Source of the DNA: an uncultured Halobacteriales archaeon
GTDB taxonomy: Archaea > Halobacteriota > Halobacteria > Halobacteriales > Hikarchaeaceae
Assembly: GCA_964404815.1 (NCBI GenBank)
Contig: CAYOLR010000003.1
Coordinates: 1 to 38,256, forward strand
Direction: 5' to 3'
Length of the DNA: 38,256 nucleotides
Below, piece after piece: positions 25,856 through 33,194 of the stretch. A program made the position numbers and the translations under genes. Numbering within the stretch: the stretch's first letter is position 1; each line of letters opens with the position of its first letter. Below the pieces are notes generated by a model that saw only the letters and a program-made list of their open reading frames with translations, made no database searches and was not told the DNA's origin.

Positions 25856-26203
25856 TCAGGTGCCGAGTAAGAGGTAGGCGTTCCAAGCGGTAACCAGAAC
25901 GCCGAGGGTTGCCAGTCCCAGGGGTACGCCCACGGCATGGGGGCGCGGCGTGAATTTCCACAGGAGGAGCGAGATGCCGAAGGCGGCCGTTTTTAATGAT
26001 ATGAGGGCGGCGAGTCCGAATCGGTTTATGAACGGAGCGACGAAGGGTCCGGCCTCGACCAGGTGGCCCGCGGAAAGGCCTGCCATCGTCGTAACGATGT
26101 CGCCCACACCGAAACAAATGAGAGCGATGACCCAGAGCTCGATGGTAGCCGCATCGAGGATCGATACGGCCTCGTGACCGGCGTCGCTCCTCTTCGCCGC
26201 CAT
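25856..26203 (-). CDS. Small membrane protein, DUF5658-like
   Basis: GVGDIVTT..GL...EAGP motif with 3 hydrophobic segments. Confidence 0.8.
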   Translation of the reverse strand: MAAKRSDAGHEAVSILDAATIELWVIALICFGVGDIVTTMAGLSAGHLVEAGPFVAPFINRFGLAALISLKTAAFGISLLLWKFTPRPHAVGVPLGLATLGVLVTAWNAYLLLGT

Positions 26204-26589
26204 CTGATTCTTGAGCGGCAGTGGGATCGGGAAAGTTAATGTTTGCTTACATTGATATGACGCGGAATTAATCGGCCACTATTGGGGATTTGCCAGGGCG
26301 TCGGCCGATACGGTAATGGGTTCCGCGCCACTCATTGAAGGCTCTGAGCGAATCGTGTCGAGTCGCCGACCGTGGATCAATTGAAATCGGTGCTGCCGGC
26401 AATCGGGCCTGGCATGCCGTTTGATTCGAGGACAGGACCCGGCTGGAAACCAGTGGGATGTAGGTGCTCGGAACTCTTCCCTCTCGGAAGCGGTCTCGAC
26501 AGTTGGCGTCTAGGCGTCCGAACGATGGCCGGTGATATAACGGGCTGTCCGACCCTCGAGCCCGAACGATCCCGGCACGGCACAGGTAA

Positions 26590-26605
26590 CTATCAATTTC
26601 GATAG
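26590..26605. promoter_or_regulatory. Palindromic site upstream of DUF5658-like gene
   Basis: CTATC AATTTC GATAG, 13 bp from TTTTTAT. Confidence 0.7.
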
Positions 26606-26657
26606 CCACTCCGGGAGTTTTTTATCGCAACCCGCCGCGTCGATACTCGATCGAAAA

Positions 26658-27062
26658 ATGGGAGTTACCGGCCTCGAGGCCAGGGTTCAAGAATACTGGG
26701 ATTGGCTGGCGGTCGGGCTCTTCGTTTTGATCACGGTCGACATGATTACGACGGTCTATGCTGCACGGGCGGTTGGTTTAGCGGGTGAGGCCAATCCCGT
26801 CGTCCGGTGGTCACTGCTTCAAGGACCGATAGCGTTCGCAGGAATCAATCTGATCGCTGTCATTGTCGTGGTAACACTATTTGATCGAATACTGGATTTG
26901 TTGCTCGTTACGCCCGAACCATATGAACGGTACGCCGCGGCAGCCGTCGAGGCTTGGCTCGGGGGATTGCTTGCAGCGGGATTATTGGTTTTCGCCAATA
27001 ACCTTGCGGTAATCGTCCACGGACAAAGCCTGATCGACGCGGTCCGCCCGGCCGTCGGATAG
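26658..27062 (+). CDS. Small membrane protein, DUF5658-like
   Basis: VDMITT.YA...EANP motif, 3 TM, terminal NNL. Confidence 0.82.
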   Translation: MGVTGLEARVQEYWDWLAVGLFVLITVDMITTVYAARAVGLAGEANPVVRWSLLQGPIAFAGINLIAVIVVVTLFDRILDLLLVTPEPYERYAAAAVEAWLGGLLAAGLLVFANNLAVIVHGQSLIDAVRPAVG

Positions 27063-27113
27063 ATTGAATTGGGAGCTTTGGATACCTCCAGTTCGCCGTC
27101 CGATTGGGCGGCA

Positions 27114-27129
27114 CTCTCATTTTTGAAAA
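27114..27129. promoter_or_regulatory. Palindromic site upstream of second minD
   Basis: CTCTC ATTTTT GAAAA, 13 bp from CATATATA. Confidence 0.62.
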
Positions 27130-27180
27130 TTGACGGCGTAAGCATATATACCGGTCTGTGCAATTCCGAGTGAACTAGGC

Positions 27181-28113
27181 ATGGGCGCGCGCGTCATCGC
27201 CGTGACGGGCGGTAAAGGGGGCGTCGGGAAGAGCACGACGACCATCAACCTCGCTGTCTCCCTCCGTATGGACGGCTACGCCGTGGTGATCGTCGATACC
27301 GATCTGGAGATGCCGAACATCGTGGAGATGCTCGGCATTGAGCCGACGAAGACGATCCACGATGTGCTCACCAACCGTGCGACGACAGAGGAGGCTATCG
27401 TCGAGCTCGATGACGGTTTCGGGGTCGTACCCGGCGACCCGACACTGGCCGGATTCGCGGGAGTCGACGCGGGAAAACTTCGATCCGTCGTCGAGACGCT
27501 ACGGGAAACCTTCGACGTAGTTCTCCTCGATACGGGCGCCGGCCTCAGCTACGATGACGTCATGCCGTTGGGGCTTGCCGATGAGGTCCTGTTGGTTACA
27601 TCGCCAGATGCGGCAGCCGTGCAGAACGCTTCCCGGAGCGAGGCGTTCGTTAGAAAACTCGGCCAACCCTTGACCGGTATCGTGGTGACGAACGCGACCG
27701 GCCCGGTCGAAGGAACGGTCAGCGAAACATTCGATGCGGAGATCATCGCCGTCGTACCGCAGGATTCCGCGGTACGGGAAAGCACGGCGCAAGGAAAGCC
27801 GCTCGAAGTTTTCGCGCCGGAGACGGAGGCCGCGGCGGCGTACAGAAGATTGGAAGCCGTCCTTACGGACGGGAACCTGCCACCGTCGAACGCCGGACGG
27901 GAGCAGGGGGGAAATCAGGGCGGATCGGTGGAAGATAGCTCAAGCGATCCGGATGATGACGAAGACACGGCCGAGCCAGCGACGGCGGAAGCCAGCACTG
28001 ATGAGACGGAGGGGGAGACCACCGGAGCGGACGCCGACCCCGGTGCCGGGGGGGTCGATGAAGAGGCAGGTGATGGTTTGTTGTCCCGGGTTAAACAACG
28101 GTTTATCGTTTAA
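27181..28113 (+). CDS. minD: MinD/ParA family ATPase with acidic tail and amphipathic C-terminal helix
   Basis: GKGGVGKST, DTDLEMPN, TIHDVL, LLDTGAGL; tail ends GLLSRVKQRFIV. Confidence 0.93.
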   Translation: MGARVIAVTGGKGGVGKSTTTINLAVSLRMDGYAVVIVDTDLEMPNIVEMLGIEPTKTIHDVLTNRATTEEAIVELDDGFGVVPGDPTLAGFAGVDAGKLRSVVETLRETFDVVLLDTGAGLSYDDVMPLGLADEVLLVTSPDAAAVQNASRSEAFVRKLGQPLTGIVVTNATGPVEGTVSETFDAEIIAVVPQDSAVRESTAQGKPLEVFAPETEAAAAYRRLEAVLTDGNLPPSNAGREQGGNQGGSVEDSSSDPDDDEDTAEPATAEASTDETEGETTGADADPGAGGVDEEAGDGLLSRVKQRFIV

Positions 28114-28260
28114 CAAACCCTGAAAAGAAGCTAGCGATCACTCCCCATGACCGAGGGTGCCGTTGGCGGGTTAGCGGGCAACGACTGGCTGGTCAAAATG
28201 GGTGGCCCGAAGGAAGGGCGGGAGTTCGAGATGGCAGAGGACCCGCCACTCGTCGACATA

Positions 28261-28276
28261 TTATTATATTTGATAA
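28261..28276. promoter_or_regulatory. Palindromic site upstream of C2H2 microprotein
   Basis: TTATT ATATTT GATAA, 13 bp from TTGAAGTA. Confidence 0.62.
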
Positions 28277-28321
28277 TTTCATCTTAATTTTGAAGTAGTA
28301 TGTGAACCAGTACCACAGTGT

Positions 28322-28438
28322 ATGGACCGGAAGACCGCGCCCATCACCTGCCTGTTTTGTGGAAAGCGCTTCGACACCCCCACCGATCTGTATAGACATT
28401 CCGGAGAGGAACACCTCCGGTCCAAATCGACCATTTAA
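28322..28438 (+). CDS. Unannotated 38-aa single C2H2 zinc-finger microprotein
   Basis: Manual translation MDRKTAPITCLFCGKRFDTPTDLYRHSGEEHLRSKSTI*, a canonical C-x2-C-x3-F-x5-L-x2-H-x4-H; preceded by the palindrome at 28261 and TATA-like TTGAAGTA at 28290. Confidence 0.82.
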   Translation: MDRKTAPITCLFCGKRFDTPTDLYRHSGEEHLRSKSTI

Positions 28439-28761
28439 CGACCCGGTCAGGCGAATCCGTCCGGCCAGATGGAGGTGCGTCGAGACACTAAGGGGGTGAA
28501 TCGACGGCATGAGATTCCGATGGGAGGTTGTTCCATTGGAGTGACGTCGACGAGTCTGTATCGGGGCGAGGCCGGTGTCTGTCATCGGAGCGGCTACATC
28601 ATCGGCTGCGGGTTTGGCATTGCGGTAACGTCAGATATTGGGAGTGTGAGCAGACACCGTCCGAAACAGTGCGGCGATGCGAACCGGTACATGGGGGATT
28701 TGTAGTCGAGGGGTGTTGGTTCGACCTCCTGCGCCCTTGAATTGCCCGGAAGGCGTCACGA

Positions 28762-29268
28762 TCACCCTTTCGTCGGGACGCCCACGTAACCACAGTCCTC
28801 GCACTGGAGCGCCCGGGCATCGCCGAGGTGGTACGCCTCAAGCCGGCCCCCACACCGTTCACACGGTCGGGCGAGTTCCGCGTCCGGCTCCAGCCAGGCC
28901 TCTCGTTCGCGCCAAGCCCGATCCGAGTCATCGGGACTGGTGGTATCCACGTCGGGAGAACCGCTTTCGGCGATCCACTCGCGCTGGTCGGGATCGAGCC
29001 CACTAACCATGTCTGCCCGACAGGTGAGGTTAGCGCCCGCAAGCCATTCGAAGGACCATACGAGCGAGTACTCGCGACGAAGTTTGGCCGCTACCCCCGG
29101 GTTGATCCCGGCCGCCAGAAGTGCCCGATATGAGATGGTTCGATGGAGGATATCCGCCGCATCGAACGGAGCCTCCTCGATAACGGCTGCGGTCGCCGGG
29201 CCAACATGGGTAAGCTCGGTGGGGTCCGTGAGGATATCCGCCGATGCGGGTGCATCCTCGGTAGCCAT
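28762..29268 (-). CDS. Helix-hairpin-helix-like haloarchaeal protein with C-terminal zinc ribbon
   Basis: LTHVGPATA (HhH-like), GINPGVAAKLRREYSL.WSF, then CERCGG...CEDCGYVG. Confidence 0.8.
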   Translation of the reverse strand: MATEDAPASADILTDPTELTHVGPATAAVIEEAPFDAADILHRTISYRALLAAGINPGVAAKLRREYSLVWSFEWLAGANLTCRADMVSGLDPDQREWIAESGSPDVDTTSPDDSDRAWREREAWLEPDAELARPCERCGGRLEAYHLGDARALQCEDCGYVGVPTKG

Positions 29269-29478
29269 GGGCTACTTCCAGGTGTTCCCCATGGTGTCTT
29301 CATGGTTTCGGCCAGGACGATTGGATCTTGACGTCCGATCGCCTGAAAGCGGAGGAATCCCGAACGCAATCGAGATGAGGGGACTTGCGGTCGCCCGCTT
29401 GTTCCCGCGGTTGGAAGCCGCAGACCAAATCATGCAAGTCACCTTCCCCGCCCTAATCAGTAGGTGACGAAGTAGTTC

Positions 29479-30160
29479 AGGGACCACTGAAGTTGGCTCA
29501 ACTGCGGAGACTGTCAGACGATTGGCTGGCGCTCGGCTGACTGAATCTTACGGAGAATGTCTGCGTGGGAGAAGCTATGCACACAACCCCAGCAGACACC
29601 TCAGCCGTCGGTGACGAGCCTCTTAATTCTTGTCTCAATCGCGTCCTCACGACGCTCGACCGAACCGTCTACCCCCAACTCGACCTCAATCTCCACCACA
29701 ACACCACCTACGACCGGGACCCATTCCTCGCTCTCCTCACCCACATCTCCCTCGAGGACGAGTTCGCCAACACCGGGGCGAAAACCCTTCGGCTCCGGCA
29801 GGGCAACCCGCCCCAGCTACGGAGCGACCAGCGAAGTGGGTTGGCGAAAGAACTCGGCCGGCATCTCCGGAATCTCGACCGCGACCAGATCACCCATCAG
29901 TTCGACGCCGTCTTCGACCAGGTCCGCTCCCTCGCCACCCGGGCCCGCCTGTTCACCGGCCCGGTCAGCCTCGCCATCGACGAACACGACTGGCTCTTCC
30001 ACGGGGGTGCCGAAACCGAAATGGTCACGCACACCAATCCCGACCGAGGGACCGATCTGGCGTTCATGTTTCTCACGACCTGTGTGGTCGTCCCCGATGT
30101 CCGGCTGACCGTCGGGGTCGTCCCACTCGGCGCAGAAACCGACATCCGCTTGGACCTTGA
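29479..30160 (+). mobile_element. Truncated ISH3/IS4-like insertion sequence (left end plus 5' half of transposase)
   Basis: C-rich ORF 29565..30251 with LAIDEHD (first DDE Asp) and F.FLT.CVV...RLTV; similarity ends near 30155 and the ORF reads on into promoter DNA. Putative left end starts CAGGGACCACTGAAG (tentative). Confidence 0.7.
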
Positions 30161-30218
30161 TGATATTCTCCCTGGCGTGGTCGGTGTTGGGGGATCCAGG
30201 GGCCTAGGTCTGAGAAGA

Positions 30219-30234
30219 TTATCAAATATAATAA
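30219..30234. promoter_or_regulatory. Palindromic site upstream of PAS-DHH pair
   Basis: TTATC AAATAT AATAA, 13 bp from TTAATA. Confidence 0.62.
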
Positions 30235-30276
30235 TTCTTCCGCTACGTTAATACCCCATGTGTGTCAAGTCCTCAC

Positions 30277-30672
30277 ATGGCCGCACGGAAGGACGTCCGA
30301 AAACTCTCGCTACTCGAGAAGGCGGTTGAGGCGGCACCTGATGGGATCGCGGTAATGGATGATGCCTATCGGTTCATTTACGCGAACACGCGGTATCTGG
30401 AGCTGTTCGGAATCGATCGGGGGGAAGCGCTAATCGGCGAAGATTGGCGGGTTGCCCACCCGGACCGAGAACACGAATTCATTGAAAATGAGGTCCTCCG
30501 TGATGTGCGCCGTTATGGAGATTGGCGAGGTGAGGTCATCGCTGTGGACGAGAAAGGACGCTCCCGGCGGGTCGAGCTATCGATCAAGGACGTCGAAGAC
30601 GCGACCGTGTGGTTCGCCCGGGTCGCCGCGAATGATACGGAATCATTCCGGGAACCAAGGAGACAAAGCTGA
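30277..30672 (+). CDS. Stand-alone PAS domain protein
   Basis: AVEAAPDGIAVMD...FIYAN..YLELFG...LIG..W...WRGE....G....VELSI. Confidence 0.88.
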   Translation: MAARKDVRKLSLLEKAVEAAPDGIAVMDDAYRFIYANTRYLELFGIDRGEALIGEDWRVAHPDREHEFIENEVLRDVRRYGDWRGEVIAVDEKGRSRRVELSIKDVEDATVWFARVAANDTESFREPRRQS

Positions 30673-30728
30673 CGGGACGGGCAAACAGCTTTTTGGTTGG
30701 CGCGGAAATTGTCCTGAAACCGACGCCG

Positions 30729-31913
30729 ATGGTCGATACCCTCCCTCTGGTCCTGGAGCGGGTACGCTCCCTTATTACGGTCGACCCGATGGCAGCGGCA
30801 ATCCTGGGTACGGTTGCCGTCATCTTCCTAGCCACCCTTGCATATCTGCTGTGGTCCTGGCGCCATTTACCCCCGGGAAAACGGTTTTGTTCGCTCCTGG
30901 AACAACAGGACCGGGTATTGGTGCTGCTGCATCCGAACCCTGATCCGGATGCCATGGCTGGCGCACTGGGAGTTCAAGAACTTGGCGAACGGCTCGATAC
31001 GACCGTCGATGTGTCGTATCCTGGGCGGATCGCTCACCAGGAGAACAGGGCGTTTCGAACCGTCCTGGGTGTGGATTTCGATCGTATCGAAACAGCCGAG
31101 ACAGTGAAGTCCGCACCGGTCATTCTTCTCGATCACAACGTGGCTCGTGGCTTCGACGGCGCCGACGACATCGAACCGGTGGCCGTCGTGGATCACCATC
31201 CTGGCAACGGGACCGGCACGGAATTCACGGACGTCCGGGAAACCTATGGTGCGACGGCGACGATCGTGACGGAGTATCTCCGCGACACCGGTATCGATTA
31301 CGACCAGAAATCGTTGCCAACCCACGTCGCGACCGGTCTAATGTACGGGATCCTTTCGGATACTGACCATCTCGTTAGCAATGGGACCGATCCCGATTTT
31401 GCCGCCGCGGCCTACCTGTCTGAGGCAGTCGACGAAAACGCCCTGAATCGGATTGCGAATCCCCCGGTGGACGCGACGATCCTCGATACGGTTGCACGGG
31501 CGATTCGTAACCGGGAGGTAAGGGGCCCCTTCGCCGTCTCCGACGTCGGCGAGATCGATAACCCGGATTCGATCCCGCAGGCGGCGGATAAGTTACGCAA
31601 CCTCGAGGGAGCGACGGTGGTGATCGTTTTCGGCATATACGACAACGAGATTAAGTTGTCCGGGCGTTCCCGGGATGATCGGGTCAACATTGGCGACGCC
31701 TTAAGCGCTTTGGCCGCTAAACTCAGTGGTGATGGAAAGCTAGCGGGTGGCCACTCTCGGATGGGTGGAGGTCAGATACCGATCGAGTCTATTGACGGAG
31801 CTTCTGAAGGGGACCTTCCGGCAATCACAGATGAAGTTTTTGACATAGTGGGCGGGGCTCACGAGGGTGAGGCAGAATCGGCACCCCCGGTCAACAGGAA
31901 GTCGGTTGAGTGA
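30729..31913 (+). CDS. DHH/DHHA1 family phosphoesterase with N-terminal TM anchor
   Basis: HPNPDPDA, LLDHN, VVDHH, SDT, LSGRSR, AGGH..MGG; hydrophobic helix near the N-terminus. Confidence 0.92.
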   Translation: MVDTLPLVLERVRSLITVDPMAAAILGTVAVIFLATLAYLLWSWRHLPPGKRFCSLLEQQDRVLVLLHPNPDPDAMAGALGVQELGERLDTTVDVSYPGRIAHQENRAFRTVLGVDFDRIETAETVKSAPVILLDHNVARGFDGADDIEPVAVVDHHPGNGTGTEFTDVRETYGATATIVTEYLRDTGIDYDQKSLPTHVATGLMYGILSDTDHLVSNGTDPDFAAAAYLSEAVDENALNRIANPPVDATILDTVARAIRNREVRGPFAVSDVGEIDNPDSIPQAADKLRNLEGATVVIVFGIYDNEIKLSGRSRDDRVNIGDALSALAAKLSGDGKLAGGHSRMGGGQIPIESIDGASEGDLPAITDEVFDIVGGAHEGEAESAPPVNRKSVE

Positions 31914-32081
31914 TAACATCGAGGATTTGGCCCGGCGGCAACCGGTTCACTGGGTCACATCCACCGGTATGGAGGGGCCGTGGTGAAAGGTTGTCGCGGA
32001 CCCTTCAATGTACCAGCCAGTCGCAGCTTTCCACCCCGGCTCGTTAGGTGGTTGGGGACGGTGTCAGGATAGATCCAGTCT

Positions 32082-32300
32082 TGGACGTCCTCCCGCGCTG
32101 AAGCGGGGGAGTTTCCAGCTGGGGGCGTCAGCTCATCGAGGGGTAGTTTGCCGGTTCGTGGGCGGCGCGTCGGGGCAAGTGAGCGCGTGACGACGCCGGA
32201 CCGTTGGGACTCTCCAACTTCGCCTACGCGGGCTGCGCCTTGGTCCTGACTCGCCCCGACGGCACGATGGTGAGACCCACGTGAGTGACCGCACGTACCG
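32082..32300 (-). mobile_element. Degenerate IS200/IS605 right-end / omega-RNA remnant
   Basis: Minus strand ...CACGAACCGGCAAACTACCCC...CCCCCAGCTGGAAACTCCCCCGCTTCAGCGCGGGAGGACGTCCA resembles IS1341-type right ends (compare GAGGATGTCAA at 4948). 5' boundary uncertain. Confidence 0.6.
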
Positions 32301-32466
32301 GGTCGTCACTCAACTGGTGTTAGTTGACGATGGTTGCGGGAGGTGCGAATAATTTCAAGCACCGCACGGTTATCAAAAATTTTATGTAATATGTGAGGGA
32401 AATAACCGTTACTGAGCGTGGATGACCGGTGATTCCATCGAGCCTGGGTAATGCAGGAATTATCGG

Positions 32467-32834
32467 GTAAACTACCCCGGCCTCCGCTGGCGCTTCGCGC
32501 CTCCATGGCAGCCGGGGCTTCCTGCTTCGGTGTCGGAACTTGCATCGGACGGCACAGCGGTTCCAGCCTCCAGAGGCGGTGTCCCGTGCTGGGTGGTTCG
32601 GAGTGTCCCACTCCTCCCGGTTCGACACTCCGGCCACCCGTCCGGTGCACGCTTATTGTCGCGCTACAAACGCCGAAGATACCGTGGCAGAGCGTCTTAC
32701 TACCCTCGGTGGACCGCACGGGTAGAACGCCTATCGGAGCGCACGGAAACGACCGACGACGGCGCTATATCCCCCCCAACCCCGCTCCCGTCGGTCGCAT
32801 CGTAGAGGATGGGGGCTTACCGCCTGGACTGAAG
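32467..32834 (-). mobile_element. Non-autonomous IS200/IS605 derivative (MITE-like, omega-RNA bearing), copy B
   Basis: TTAG|CTTCAGTCCAGGCGGTAAGCCCCCATCC ... GGAAGCCCCGGC...GCCGGGGTAGTTTAC; aligns end to end with copy A. Confidence 0.85.
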
Positions 32835-33124
32835 CTAAATCCCATCCCGAAGTGCGGTTGAAGCCGCACAACTTTTATAATGCCCAGATTGTCGCTACCA
32901 TGGTCAAGCGGGAAACCAGGCGGCCGAAACACCGAGCCCCGGTCACCGTGAAGAACTCTCCGATTTCGATGCGCCCACTCATACGGATAATAATGTGGAG
33001 GGAGCACCTTCGGCAGCCGATCTCAAGTGGTAAATTCAAGGTCTCCATTGCCTCGCGATCGTGTTCTCATCACCATGTCCGCCGTTATCGGTTGTTTACC
33101 GTATCGTTCTGTGAAATCAGCTGG

Positions 33125-33140
33125 TTATTAATACCGATAA
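33125..33140. promoter_or_regulatory. Palindromic site upstream of third membrane kinase
   Basis: TTATT AATACC GATAA, 13 bp from CTTAAG. Confidence 0.68.
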
Positions 33141-33194
33141 CTTCCCCCGAATCCTTAAGCCCGGTTCGACCCTTATTATCGGTATTAATTCTCC

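Noticed and set aside
28469-28740. Cys-containing short ORFs between the C2H2 microprotein and the HhH gene
   Set aside because: No coherent motif, promoter or acidic bias.
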